Part shown: piece after piece, positions 44,794 through 55,002 of the stretch
How the letters are laid out: each line of letters opens with the position of its first letter
Position numbering within the stretch: position 1 is the stretch's first letter
Virus record (IMG/VR): IMGVR_UViG_3300037264_008423
Location: 174,437 to 238,436 of that record
Direction: 5' to 3' (one strand)
DNA length: 64,000 bases
Position numbers and translations under genes: made by a program
The notes under the pieces: model-generated
The model's input: the letters and a program-made list of their open reading frames with translations, nothing else
What the model was told of the DNA's origin: nothing
Databases searched by the model: none

Positions 44794-45080
44794 CTGGTAG
44801 CCCTATCTATCAGGCCACAGGCGGCAAGGACCAGCTTTCCCCTGGATTCACGAACAAACACGCCAAGGCACTCCACCTTGGCGTCATTTTTTCGGGTGGA
44901 GACTTCTTCGGAATGGAATAGGCGGCACTCCACGGGCACTCCCTCCCACACCGGAGCAACGCTCTGTTTTAATCCTAGCGCGACCAGGGCTACCGGCGCA
45001 ACCACAATTTTATCCGGCAGCCGACCGTGGACTGCTAGAAACCGCCGCACCATTAAGCTTAGGACTTTCTTCTCGCTCAT
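44790..45080 (-). CDS. Hypothetical protein
   Basis: 96-aa ORF. Confidence 0.5.
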   Translation of the reverse strand: MSEKKVLSLMVRRFLAVHGRLPDKIVVAPVALVALGLKQSVAPVWEGVPVECRLFHSEEVSTRKNDAKVECLGVFVRESRGKLVLAACGLIDRATS

Positions 45081-45243
45081 TTTTAAAATTTTCGGTCAGC
45101 TCGGCGACGAGGCGGACAAGCTGCTGGTTAAGGTTCACGGCCTCCTGGAGCAAAGCCGACGCCATGATTAAGGGCGCGGCTTTGGCCGCCAATCGGGCGC
45201 TCTGCTGTTGCAGGGCCAAACTCTTTTGATCCAACTCCGACAT
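45010..45243 (-). CDS. Small coiled-coil hypothetical protein
   Basis: 77-aa ORF. Confidence 0.4.
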   Translation of the reverse strand: MSELDQKSLALQQQSARLAAKAAPLIMASALLQEAVNLNQQLVRLVAELTENFKNEREESPKLNGAAVSSSPRSAAG

Positions 45244-45288
45244 ACGTCACGTTCTATTCTTCTAAACTGTATGAAGATATAGAACGAT

Positions 45289-46836
45289 ATGACCCAACCA
45301 ATATTCAGCTTAGCTTACACCAGCGCGCGCCCGGACGATATTTTTTCCGTGGTCGAGCTTTGGAGAAAAACCGCCACAGGCCGCTATCCCATCGAAGTGG
45401 TGATCTCGGTGGACGCACCGAATGCCAGGGCTTTAGAGCAGGCGCGCCGCGTGCCGGAAGCCCTGGCGGTGGTGCAGGAGAAAGCGCCCTTTAACTGCGT
45501 TCGGGGCTGGAACGCGGCAGCCGCCGCGACCAGCGGCAAAGTGATCATCGCCGTGGCGGACGACTTCAAACCGTGCCAGGACTGGGATGATAAATTGTTT
45601 ACATTAAAAACCGGCTGGATGGAGGAAGACTGGACGGTCCACACGGAGGATGGCTACGTGCATAACCTCATGGTCCTGGCTATCCTGACCCGCAAACGCT
45701 ACGAGCGGTTCGGCTACCTTTTTTATCCCAACTATGAAAGCATTTTCTGCGATACGGAGTTTACGGAGGTCGCTTACGCCGAGGGCCGCGTGATCAACGC
45801 CAAGCATATCTTGATGGAGCACCTGCACCCGGACTGCCACAAGCGGCCCAGGGACGCGGTGGATCTGAGCCACGCCAGTGAGGAACGCTGGCGGCGCGGC
45901 GAGATGTTGTTCAATTACCGGAAACATCGCCAATTTCCTAACGATATCAAGCTCGAAACGACACCCACGGCCTCCGCTGGTCCGACTCTGAGCGGAGCTT
46001 ACGGCGACTACGCCGTCTATATGCAGGCCAATCGAAACGATTTCTGTTTGATGGAAGTAGTGCAGCGCCTTTTTGAGGAGGGTCTGCGCAATTTCTTTTT
46101 CTGTATTCCTAATGAATACTGGTCGGGCAAGCCCAGCAGTGCCCCGGAGATGGACCAGGTGTTGGCCGCTGCCGAGTATTTGAACCACCTGGGGGCCAAG
46201 GCCCAGTCCAAAATATTCAATGTCGCTGACTTCCGCTTCCCAGGGGACACGCGCATTACCGTGGAAACGCGCGTGCGCAACGACGCCCTGGCCTGGGTGC
46301 GCCAGCAGGGCTTTCAGCAGATCTGCGTTGTGGACAGCGACGAACTATGGCCCAAAGGCAGTCTGGCCGTTGTAAGTGGTATTGTAAACAAAGTAAATCC
46401 ACTGGCTATCTCCCTGCCTATGATTCCGGTGGTGGGGCTGCCGGGGTATCCTATTGGCGGGGCCACGGACCGAGTGATCTCCTACGTGGGTCAAGGCTGC
46501 CAGTTGCGGGACTGCCGCACCCCCGTGGGTCAAGTCCACTACGAGAACAGCATCAAGGTATATCACTTTACCGGCACGCGGCGGACGATGGCCGAGACCA
46601 TTGAGAAACACCGGCAGAGCGGACATTTCGATGATCCTGAGTATTTATTTGAAGAATGGCTGGAAAACGTTCTGCCAAATATAAAACCAGGATTCGACTA
46701 CCAATGGAAAAACGGAATGAAAGGACTGCACATGTATTCAAAGTATCAAATATGGCCAGCGTGTCGCGCATGGACGGCACAGGAGTTGGAACACATTCCG
46801 AAGTCCATTCATCCTTACCTCGGTATTGGCTCATAA
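45289..46836 (+). CDS. Two-domain GT-A glycosyltransferase (GT2-like)
   Basis: VIIAVADDF; YESIFCDTEF; second domain VVDSDELW. Confidence 0.85.
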   Translation: MTQPIFSLAYTSARPDDIFSVVELWRKTATGRYPIEVVISVDAPNARALEQARRVPEALAVVQEKAPFNCVRGWNAAAAATSGKVIIAVADDFKPCQDWDDKLFTLKTGWMEEDWTVHTEDGYVHNLMVLAILTRKRYERFGYLFYPNYESIFCDTEFTEVAYAEGRVINAKHILMEHLHPDCHKRPRDAVDLSHASEERWRRGEMLFNYRKHRQFPNDIKLETTPTASAGPTLSGAYGDYAVYMQANRNDFCLMEVVQRLFEEGLRNFFFCIPNEYWSGKPSSAPEMDQVLAAAEYLNHLGAKAQSKIFNVADFRFPGDTRITVETRVRNDALAWVRQQGFQQICVVDSDELWPKGSLAVVSGIVNKVNPLAISLPMIPVVGLPGYPIGGATDRVISYVGQGCQLRDCRTPVGQVHYENSIKVYHFTGTRRTMAETIEKHRQSGHFDDPEYLFEEWLENVLPNIKPGFDYQWKNGMKGLHMYSKYQIWPACRAWTAQELEHIPKSIHPYLGIGS

Positions 46837-46886
46837 AAGGCGATCCAATAGCCCGTGCGGAAGCTAAACGGAGTTACGGGCGGCAG

Positions 46887-47435
46887 ATGTATCGTAAACA
46901 TTTTGACAAAAACAGGGACCAGCGCAATGCCAAAATTAGAAGGCGCAGACGAGAAATCAGTGCCAGGCGCAAGCGGGAGCGGCGCTACCGCCTCAACCAC
47001 TTGGAAAAAGTCCGGGCTTCGGGGCGAGCTTGCTACCGCAAACGGCGTGTTTATTACGTTAATAAGTCAAAAAAATACGCGAGGGAACATCGACATGAAC
47101 GAGCTGAGAGAATGAAAAGCTGCTATGCCAAAAATCCGCAGGCAAAACTGGCGCACGCTCTGCGCACGCGGCTTAATAGAGTGCTGTCTGGCCGAGCTAA
47201 AACAAGTAGCGCCCTGGACTTGCTGGGATGCAGCATTGTTAGCTTTAAAAATTACATTGAATCGCTTTTTAAGCCGGGCATGTCTTGGAAGGACAGGCAC
47301 CTTTGGCACTTGGATCATATTAGGCCGTGCGCTTCGTTTAATCTTAACTGCAAATCGGAATTACGTTCTTGTTTTCATTGGTCTAACTTTCAACCGCTTT
47401 GGAAGAAGGAAAATCTCATAAAATGGGCACATTGA
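46887..47435 (+). CDS. HNH-type endonuclease
   Basis: LGCS...GMSW....WHLDHIRPCASF...CFHWSNFQPLW..EN; start uncertain. Confidence 0.85.
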   Translation: MYRKHFDKNRDQRNAKIRRRRREISARRKRERRYRLNHLEKVRASGRACYRKRRVYYVNKSKKYAREHRHERAERMKSCYAKNPQAKLAHALRTRLNRVLSGRAKTSSALDLLGCSIVSFKNYIESLFKPGMSWKDRHLWHLDHIRPCASFNLNCKSELRSCFHWSNFQPLWKKENLIKWAH

Positions 47436-47704
47436 TTGAAGCTCAAGTCTCCTTTTCCGACGATATTCTGGACTACCTGCGCGTCCGGCGCGGCACGCTG
47501 GTGTGCATGATGGACATGATCGATGACCTGACCCGGCGCATTAATGACCGCAGCGAGTCGCGCCGCCTGCGCGGAAGGCTGTTATCCGATCTTTCCCTCT
47601 TGACGCGACAGAAAAAGGTCATTCGCTATCGGCGCGTCAGCATGGTCAAGCGCCTACCCCGCTCGGCTCAGGGCTTGCTGCGAATCTCCGAACTACACGC
47701 TTGA
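47423..47704 (+). CDS. Hypothetical protein
   Basis: About 93-aa ORF in the gene string. Confidence 0.55.
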   Translation: MGTLIEAQVSFSDDILDYLRVRRGTLVCMMDMIDDLTRRINDRSESRRLRGRLLSDLSLLTRQKKVIRYRRVSMVKRLPRSAQGLLRISELHA

Positions 47705-47728
47705 CGCTTCCCTATTGACGATTAAATT

Positions 47729-48988
47729 ATGACCCCAAGAAAACCTCACAACGCGCGCTGGGCGGTAGTCTCCGTCAACCGGCCCATGCTGATGCGCCGG
47801 TCCGACGAGGAAACCTGGCTGCTCAATCCCCGCCGCCGCTATATCCTGAACACCGATGTGTTGGACGAGCTAACCCCCTATATTGATCGCATGTCCGACC
47901 TGGCCGGGTGCTCGGCGTTTAATCCCCTGGTTCAAGCGCCCAAGGTCCGGCTTCCCGGCTCCTCTGTGCTGATTGACCGGTATCGGGATCGGGGCATCGG
48001 AGATCTGCTTTTCACCACCGGCCCCCTGGCTTACATGCACCACGTCACGGGCGGCACCGCCTCGCTTTATTTTTACGCGTATGCCGAGCGGGGAGCGGTG
48101 CTCAATAAGTGCCCATACCTGATGGATAACAGTCCCCTGGTGGGACCCATCCTTTACAGCGACCTGGCCGAGTATGACTATCACTGGTTCGTGGAGACGG
48201 TGACCGAGTTTAACGAACAGGCCGACCAGTTAAATGTCTATGACGCGCTTTACGCCAGTTTGGGCATTGATCCGTCCACCGTGGACCGGCGCTTCAAGCG
48301 TCCCTACGTGCAACTGTATGATTCGGAAATTAAACACCTGGACGACTTCTTTTATTGGGTTTTCGTCAATACTCGTGTCAAAATGGACCTGCGGCACACC
48401 GGCTACTACGTGGTAGCTCCCCTGGCCAACAGCGCCCTCCGCTGCGCCCCCTACGCGCTGTGGCTCGAAGTCATCGCCGCGCTGTCCGAGAAACGACCGG
48501 TCCTGGTCGTGGGCGCGCTACGGGATCGGATGCCCCCGGCAGGCATGTCGGTGGGAGATTTTGGAGCGCGCCTGGATAGTGACCTAGTGGCCACGGGCCG
48601 GGTGCTCAACCTGATGGGCAAGACGCAGTTGCGCCATCTCATGGAAATCATCTCCAAAGCAACCGCTGTGCTTAGCTTGGATTCAGCCTCCCTCTACCTC
48701 GCGCAGGCGTTTCGGACCCCTTGCGTGTCCCTGTGGGGCAGCCACGATCCGCAGGTTCGCCTGGGCTACGATACGGAATACATGAGCACGGCCATCTGGC
48801 AAAAGTCCGCCTGTCGCCATAGCCCTTGTTTTGCGTGGCAGGGCTTTCCCGTCAACCGGTGCCCCTTGGGTGAGGCGCAGTCGGTGTGTCACTGTCAGTT
48901 GGCCGTGGAGCCGACCGACATCCTCCAAATGGTCCAAAGAATCGAAGACCAAACTCCCAGCTTCATTACTGTTCCCCCCGCCCCATGA
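47729..48988 (+). CDS. GT9 (heptosyltransferase-like) glycosyltransferase
   Basis: RGIGDLLF; LMGKTQLRHL..II..A..V.SLDS..L..AQA...PCVSLWG. Confidence 0.88.
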   Translation: MTPRKPHNARWAVVSVNRPMLMRRSDEETWLLNPRRRYILNTDVLDELTPYIDRMSDLAGCSAFNPLVQAPKVRLPGSSVLIDRYRDRGIGDLLFTTGPLAYMHHVTGGTASLYFYAYAERGAVLNKCPYLMDNSPLVGPILYSDLAEYDYHWFVETVTEFNEQADQLNVYDALYASLGIDPSTVDRRFKRPYVQLYDSEIKHLDDFFYWVFVNTRVKMDLRHTGYYVVAPLANSALRCAPYALWLEVIAALSEKRPVLVVGALRDRMPPAGMSVGDFGARLDSDLVATGRVLNLMGKTQLRHLMEIISKATAVLSLDSASLYLAQAFRTPCVSLWGSHDPQVRLGYDTEYMSTAIWQKSACRHSPCFAWQGFPVNRCPLGEAQSVCHCQLAVEPTDILQMVQRIEDQTPSFITVPPAP

Positions 48989-49485
48989 AAAGAAAACCTG
49001 TTCATGCCCCGCCAGAAATGGAGATCCGCGAGCGTATTGACCCGGAAACGCCCGTGCTGGATGCCATCGACAACGAGTTGATCGGCATCAACGTGGATAA
49101 GTGGTTTAAAAAATCATACCCTCTTGACTTCGGCCTGGCCCACATCGAGATCTCGTCCGTTTTAGAGGAAATCAACTGCGCTATTCAGCGCACCGCAATC
49201 TATGTGTATGACTCCAAAGCCGACGCCGAGCGCCTGGAGTCGGCAAAGCTGCTAAAATTGCGTCAAGAGTGGAGCACTCTCTATCAGGATAAAATGACCG
49301 TGGAGACCCTCAAAGCCGTGTTGGCCCAGGATGAGGAGATCCTTGCCGCCTGGCACCGGCACCACGTTCTTAAGGGATACTTGGCGCGCTTTGAAAACAT
49401 GATGGAAAACTTGAGGCTGAAGCTGGGGGCCATGCGCTCCTTTGAGGCAACCCGCCGCAAGATCATCGATGACGATCCGCGCTAA
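48985..49485 (+). CDS. uvsY: Recombination mediator, UvsY-like
   Basis: Helical protein of fitting size next to SSB and RecA; ENMMENLRLKLGAMRS. Confidence 0.55.
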   Translation: MKRKPVHAPPEMEIRERIDPETPVLDAIDNELIGINVDKWFKKSYPLDFGLAHIEISSVLEEINCAIQRTAIYVYDSKADAERLESAKLLKLRQEWSTLYQDKMTVETLKAVLAQDEEILAAWHRHHVLKGYLARFENMMENLRLKLGAMRSFEATRRKIIDDDPR

Positions 49486-49514
49486 AAATTAAATGTAAAC
49501 AGCAGACTAAAACT

Positions 49515-51122
49515 ATGAATGACATTAGCCCGACAGCCATGATGCGCTACATGGAAGAAGATGAGGCCGTGGTAGCCTCCCTGACCAAATCGGTCCGGCG
49601 CGTAAAAATCGAACTTAACCACACCTGGAACTTGCGTTTGCTGCCGGTCCAGATCGGGGCCGACAAAATGCCTTACGTGCGTGTCGCCCAGCACTGGCGG
49701 AACAACAAGCCGCTGCATTGTCCCCGGCACACCCCCAAATCTTGGGGCGGTGATCCCGAACGTGTCTGTCCCGTGTGCGAGTTGTCCGAGCGGCTTTCCG
49801 AAAGTGGTTCAGAGGCCGTGCGTGATTTTGGTTACCAAGCCAAGTGCGTGCTTCGCTTTCGCTTCTGGTGCGTGGTCTTCGACAAGGAGGATCAGCGCGG
49901 ACGCATTGAGGAAATGCCCTGGAACGAAATCATCAATCCCTACGAGTTCGACATGTATAAGACCACCTGGGAGGATTTCAAAAAATGGCAGCGGTGGGCC
50001 ACAACCCGGCGCAAAAACGCTTCGGACTGGGGTATCATGGACCTGGAAGCGGGTTGCAATGTCCTGGCAACTCACACCACGAAAGGCGTCAAGCTGGATC
50101 GTAATGATCCGGGTCCGATTTTTGACCTGGAGGGCCAGGCGTTGGACGATGCCATTGCCAAAGTATGGACGCGCATCCGCAAGCCCGTCATTCCCATGCC
50201 CACCGAGAAACAGCTCGTGGAGATGTCGGTAAAGTTTGAAGAGGATTCGGAAGGAGGAGGCCGAGGGCGCTCTCGCCGTAGCCGGGATGAAGATGACGAC
50301 AGCCGGGGCGGACGCTTCCGGGGTCGCCGGGAAGGGGATGATGAAGGCTACGGTCGCGCGCGCCGCTCAGGCGGTGACGAGGGTGCCGGTCGCGGTCGTT
50401 ACCGGGGTGACGACGACGAAGAGCCAGTGCGCGGTCAGCGCAGTCGCTACACCGGTGAAGACGAGGACGAGTCCTCCCCGCCTAACAATGGTCGCCGTCG
50501 CTACGCCGGAGAGGACGAGTCGGGGACGGAACCGGCTACCCGGCGCGGGAGCGCGAGCGCGGAAGCGGAAGCGGATTCCACCCCGCTGCCCCCGCCCCGC
50601 CGCCGCGAACAGCCTGCCAGCGCGCGGGAGAGCGGAGAACGCGCGGAAGCGGATTCCACCCCGCTGCCCCCGCCCCGCCGCCGCGAACAGCCGGTAACGC
50701 CGGAAGAGCTGGACGAGGACCAAATTCCGGGCGCTGAGTATCCGGCTCGGAACCCGGTTCCGACCACGCGTCGCGCGCCTCCCGCTGAGGAAGCCGACAA
50801 TACCGCCGTGCCGCCCCCGCCCCGCCGCGTCGCCGCTCCGGCCAGAGACGACAGCAAACCCGCCAGAGCGAGCAAGGAACCCCCTGCCGAGGAGAATACC
50901 GTTGCTCCGCCTCCGCCCCGGCGCAGCGCGCCGCCTGCTACGGGAGTGAGCGAAGAGGAAGACACCGCGCCCGAAGAGCGGCGTGATCCGGCCCCGCCCC
51001 TCAAGGAAAAGGTAGAAGACGCCCCCACTCCTGTCAGCGCCAGCGCCCCCGCCCCGGCGCGTGCCGTGACCGAATCCATGCTTAAAAACCGGCTCGGTCG
51101 CCTTACCAATCGTGGACAATAG
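49515..51122 (+). CDS. gp32: ssDNA-binding protein (gp32-like) with long disordered tail
   Basis: LRLLP..VAQHW..HCP..CPVCE core; acidic/Arg/Pro tail. Confidence 0.75.
   Translation: MNDISPTAMMRYMEEDEAVVASLTKSVRRVKIELNHTWNLRLLPVQIGADKMPYVRVAQHWRNNKPLHCPRHTPKSWGGDPERVCPVCELSERLSESGSEAVRDFGYQAKCVLRFRFWCVVFDKEDQRGRIEEMPWNEIINPYEFDMYKTTWEDFKKWQRWATTRRKNASDWGIMDLEAGCNVLATHTTKGVKLDRNDPGPIFDLEGQALDDAIAKVWTRIRKPVIPMPTEKQLVEMSVKFEEDSEGGGRGRSRRSRDEDDDSRGGRFRGRREGDDEGYGRARRSGGDEGAGRGRYRGDDDEEPVRGQRSRYTGEDEDESSPPNNGRRRYAGEDESGTEPATRRGSASAEAEADSTPLPPPRRREQPASARESGERAEADSTPLPPPRRREQPVTPEELDEDQIPGAEYPARNPVPTTRRAPPAEEADNTAVPPPPRRVAAPARDDSKPARASKEPPAEENTVAPPPPRRSAPPATGVSEEEDTAPEERRDPAPPLKEKVEDAPTPVSASAPAPARAVTESMLKNRLGRLTNRGQ
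50565..50692 (+). repeat. 50-bp exact direct repeat (50565-50614, 50643-50692)
   Basis: Encodes AEADSTPLPPPRRREQP twice; 78-bp period. Confidence 0.9.
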
Positions 51123-51124
51123 CT

Positions 51125-52630
51125 ATGGCCAAATCTGCAAAAGAAGAGCGCGATCTCACGTCCTCTTTTGTGGCATCCATGACGAAGCGGCGGCCCTACA
51201 AAGCAGGGGCCGCCACATTTGACATTGTGATGTCCGACAAAACGATCCTGGGAGATGTGCGCTACGTGCTGCTCACCGGCATTGACGCCTTCGACAAAAT
51301 CGTGGGCGGCTTTCCTTTTGGCCGTATCAACGAGGTTTTTGGCCTGGAAAATTGCGGCAAGACCGCCATGATGATCCGGGCCATGTGCCGCTTCCAGGCT
51401 AATCACATCTACGAAGTAATCGACCGACAGGGATTTGTTTATTCATTAAGGAGGGTCAATTCCAAAAAGACCCGGCAAATTCGAGCTTACGTGGACAACG
51501 AGCACTCGCTGGAGCGTGGTTTTAAAATTACGATCAACGATGTGACTTACAACGAGGCGGGAGAAGAAGTTTCTGAGCGCGTGGAAATGAAAACCGCACT
51601 CATGATGTGCGACACCGTGGACCAGATCTTCGAGGCTGTGGACCACTTCATTGATTTGATTAAAGCCGCCGAAATACAAGAAAAAGAGCGCGAGAAAGAT
51701 GAGAAAGGCTCAGGCCGCATGGTCTTCGGCTTGTTTTTAGTGGACACCGTTGCGGGAACCAGTAGCAAAGAAGAGTTGGAGCGTGAGTGGGGCAAGCGGG
51801 ACTATCCGCGCCACGCTCAGCAGATTAGCGAGGGTTTCCGCTGCATGACCAACGAGATCAGCCGCCATAACGTCGCCATGATCTGCACCAACCAGGTGCG
51901 CACCAAGTTTAAGGATTTGCAGCAAGGCAGAGGTCATCAGGCGCGTTTTAATACGCCGCAGGCTGATGATTTTTCGACTTTCGGCGGCAAAGCCCTGTCT
52001 TACTATTCCACCCATCGGGTCTTCATGTTCAGGATGCCGATCAAATACACCCTGGTCAAAGGAGCGCAGTTTCCCGCTGGCTACTTGATTGGATTTAGGA
52101 CGGACAAAAACCGCTTGCGCAAGCCAGGCCGGGAGGGGCGCATCGTGCTTTTGTTTGACGAGGAAAAGGGCGGACTACACGACGCTCTGAGCATATTGGA
52201 ATCAATGATATTCCTCCGCGTTGCGAAAATGCAAGAGGGCGGCGGCGCGATCAGTTTTCTGTTCCGCAAGCACGGGATCACCACGACCACCTTCGCGGAG
52301 AACATCATACTGGACGCGTCTGACCAAGCTCTGTCAGTAAAACCGGCCAAGCGGGTCAAAGATCCACAGATCGACGGTCGCTACGAGTGGCTTAGCTTCT
52401 ACAAAGCCCATCGTTCTGACTTGAATCTACTGTGGGACGCAGCGATGCGAAAAGCCTATGAAACCGAGGGATTGGGTGAATTTTACGCACCTCCCGACGA
52501 TGATGATGATGATGATGACACTGCCGCCGAGGATGAGGATTACGGCGAGGATGAGGCCGAGGCGGTGTCCCGACCGGCAGCACCCCGCCGAAAACCATCC
52601 ATTCCCACTATCAGTGACGAGGATTTATGA
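51125..52630 (+). CDS. recA: RecA/UvsX recombinase
   Basis: TGIDAFD..GGFPFGRINEVFGLENCGKT; LVDTVA; NQVRTK; GGKAL..YST. Confidence 0.93.
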   Translation: MAKSAKEERDLTSSFVASMTKRRPYKAGAATFDIVMSDKTILGDVRYVLLTGIDAFDKIVGGFPFGRINEVFGLENCGKTAMMIRAMCRFQANHIYEVIDRQGFVYSLRRVNSKKTRQIRAYVDNEHSLERGFKITINDVTYNEAGEEVSERVEMKTALMMCDTVDQIFEAVDHFIDLIKAAEIQEKEREKDEKGSGRMVFGLFLVDTVAGTSSKEELEREWGKRDYPRHAQQISEGFRCMTNEISRHNVAMICTNQVRTKFKDLQQGRGHQARFNTPQADDFSTFGGKALSYYSTHRVFMFRMPIKYTLVKGAQFPAGYLIGFRTDKNRLRKPGREGRIVLLFDEEKGGLHDALSILESMIFLRVAKMQEGGGAISFLFRKHGITTTTFAENIILDASDQALSVKPAKRVKDPQIDGRYEWLSFYKAHRSDLNLLWDAAMRKAYETEGLGEFYAPPDDDDDDDDTAAEDEDYGEDEAEAVSRPAAPRRKPSIPTISDEDL

Positions 52631-53109
52631 TCGAATACGAGGTAAACGAAGGCTTTGACAAAGACGTGCGCCGGGTCCTGGACGATCCGAGCTTCGTCGA
52701 GTTCAACGGCATACGGGATCTTGAGGTTGTCATCTTGACCGCCTTAGTGATCCGCACCAACACCGAGGGCGAGCATCAACCGGGCAAGGGATGCCCGGTG
52801 GTTTGCAAAAAGATCTCCCCTCTTTACCAGTTGCTCACCGAGGCCCATTACATCGTCGTGGGCGAGTATTATTATTGGACTCATGTGAGCGACGTGCAGC
52901 GGGATGCTGCCATCCATCGTGCTTTGTCCACAATTCTAGTGGAAAAAGTTGACGACGCGATTAAGTTAAAAACACGGAAGCCGGATATACAGGAATTTAC
53001 AGCGACCATCGCTCGGTTTGGAGCTTGGAACGAGCCGTTATTGGATGTTAAAGAAGTTTTAAGATCGGCGGGGAAACAGTTCGCGGAAAGTCTTAAGTCG
53101 AAGGCTTAA
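52627..53109 (+). CDS. Putative phage metallopeptidase-like protein, degenerate site
   Basis: RDAAIHRAL...KPDIQEF..IARFGAW; HE replaced by HR. Confidence 0.6.
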   Translation: MIEYEVNEGFDKDVRRVLDDPSFVEFNGIRDLEVVILTALVIRTNTEGEHQPGKGCPVVCKKISPLYQLLTEAHYIVVGEYYYWTHVSDVQRDAAIHRALSTILVEKVDDAIKLKTRKPDIQEFTATIARFGAWNEPLLDVKEVLRSAGKQFAESLKSKA

Positions 53110-53172
53110 AAATTTCTAACTAAAAAAGTGGACAAAATTATTTAAGCCGTTAAATAGGATACGAACACGAGT

Positions 53173-53970
53173 ATGTCTTCAAATGTTACAGCTACTAAAA
53201 TGCAAACTAAGCCGCCTACATCGATGCGCTACGAACGGGTGCAGGAGATCCTGGACCATGAACCGGCGTTTGAGGGGCGGCTGAGTCCGCGCACGGTTCA
53301 GGTGGAAACCCGCTTTGGGGAAAAGCTCTTCTTTTCCAAGGAAACGGTGGAAATCACGGAAACCATGCACCGGGAAGGACGGGACGCGCACAAAGTGCCT
53401 AAATCCGACGTGCTGAGGGCAGCCGGTCGCTTGATCCGCGCCGTAGCGCACGGCGGCTTGTCTTCCGTAAGCGGTAACGGCAGCGCCCACGAGTCAGGCA
53501 CTCCTCCCAAGAATCCTTACGAACTGGTCGCGCCGCCGTCGCCGCCTCCTCCGCGCTCGGAGAAACCGGCCAGCGTGGCATCGGACACCAAGCTTAAGAA
53601 AAAGCCGGTCGGGGTCGCTAAACCCGTTTTGGCGGCGACCCCGAAAAAAGCGCCCGTCAAAAAATCCGAAGCATCGCCCTCCACGGTTAAGCCCAAGCCT
53701 GCCAAGCCCGGACCGGCGCTAGAGCCGGAGTTGCCTTTGAGCGAGCTTCCGCCCGAAAAGCAGCCCCTTAGTCTGCCGCCTGGTTTCGACCCCAGCAAGT
53801 ATCCGCACTACAGCGTTCAATCCAGCGTTTACTCACTGCTGCTGAGCGCGCTGGCCATGTCCGAGCAGTATGAGAAATATCCTAATCACGAGCAGCGCCA
53901 GCACAAGTTGGACGAGCTGGTGAAGGAGTATCAAGCGACTTGTGACACGCTGCGAGTGGTTCATACCTGA
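53173..53970 (+). CDS. Pro/Lys-rich hypothetical protein
   Basis: 265-aa ORF. Confidence 0.7.
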   Translation: MSSNVTATKMQTKPPTSMRYERVQEILDHEPAFEGRLSPRTVQVETRFGEKLFFSKETVEITETMHREGRDAHKVPKSDVLRAAGRLIRAVAHGGLSSVSGNGSAHESGTPPKNPYELVAPPSPPPPRSEKPASVASDTKLKKKPVGVAKPVLAATPKKAPVKKSEASPSTVKPKPAKPGPALEPELPLSELPPEKQPLSLPPGFDPSKYPHYSVQSSVYSLLLSALAMSEQYEKYPNHEQRQHKLDELVKEYQATCDTLRVVHT

Positions 53971-54998
53971 TGTCCAAAACTCCTGTCAAAAGTGCCGTGG
54001 TCCCGGTCGCCGGAGAGCATATTTTTCCGGCGAGCTACCTGGAGCCGCTAGCGATCCGCTGGAAAGAGCTGAATGCCAAGGGCAGGCATACCGAAGCGAT
54101 GCACGTGCTGGAGGATATCGTAGTGGGATCTACGCAGATGTTCGAGCGCCTGGCCCAGCACGAGGGCTATCACTACACCGTGGATCTGGACGTGCTGGTG
54201 GACGCCGCCCAGCAGAAAGTCGTTAAATGGCTGCTGCGCTGGCAGCGCAAGCGAGGCCGCCTCTTTGCCTGGTTTTCCAAGTGCGCCAAAAACGCGTTCC
54301 GGTCGGAATTGGTCAAGGTTAACCAATTCCGCAAACGTTACCACGTTACCAGCGATAGTTTGGAAAAGTTTTTTGGAGCGGAAGACCACACGGTGGACAA
54401 GCACGACATGGCGGCGGAAGTGCGCGCGCGCCTGGCCAACTTAACCTGTCGCTGGGGCAGCCCCCAGGAGATCGGAGCCATCCACTACCTGGTGGAGTGC
54501 ATTATCGACGAAGACCACGACAGGCAGGCGGCTATTAAAGGAGCCGCCTACGCTTTCGGGATCTCGATGGAACTTTCCAAATTTTTTTACTCCTGGGCGC
54601 TCGTGGCGCTCCGGGACCAGATGTATCGAAAAATCCGCGTGCCCTTCACTGAAGAGGATCTGGTGCGCGCGGCGATGAGCTACACGCACTTTGTAAACTT
54701 GTTCGACCTGCCCAACACACCTTTTACCTGGCCGGTTCATGGCAAGTATCTCTGCGCGGTATATGGGGGCATGCGCATTAAGATTCCAACCATTGCGCAG
54801 ATCAGTAACTTGGTGGAAGCCAAGAAGTTGTTTGATGAAATCGATAATGGCGACAAAGACCCTGAAGCGATTGCGGAAGCGGGTCAGCGCCACGGAAAGA
54901 ACGCCCGAACCGCCCAGGAGATCTACCACGAAATGGTGGAAGTCCTGGACCCGCGCCGTTCAGGTGAATACGAGGTATATGCACCGAACTCCGAATAA
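53970..54998 (+). CDS. Sigma-factor-like protein
   Basis: Region-2-like DAAQQKVVKWL..W...RGRLFAWFSKCAKNAF; C-terminal YGGMRIKIP. Confidence 0.6.
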   Translation: MSKTPVKSAVVPVAGEHIFPASYLEPLAIRWKELNAKGRHTEAMHVLEDIVVGSTQMFERLAQHEGYHYTVDLDVLVDAAQQKVVKWLLRWQRKRGRLFAWFSKCAKNAFRSELVKVNQFRKRYHVTSDSLEKFFGAEDHTVDKHDMAAEVRARLANLTCRWGSPQEIGAIHYLVECIIDEDHDRQAAIKGAAYAFGISMELSKFFYSWALVALRDQMYRKIRVPFTEEDLVRAAMSYTHFVNLFDLPNTPFTWPVHGKYLCAVYGGMRIKIPTIAQISNLVEAKKLFDEIDNGDKDPEAIAEAGQRHGKNARTAQEIYHEMVEVLDPRRSGEYEVYAPNSE

Positions 54999-55002
54999 AC
55001 TG

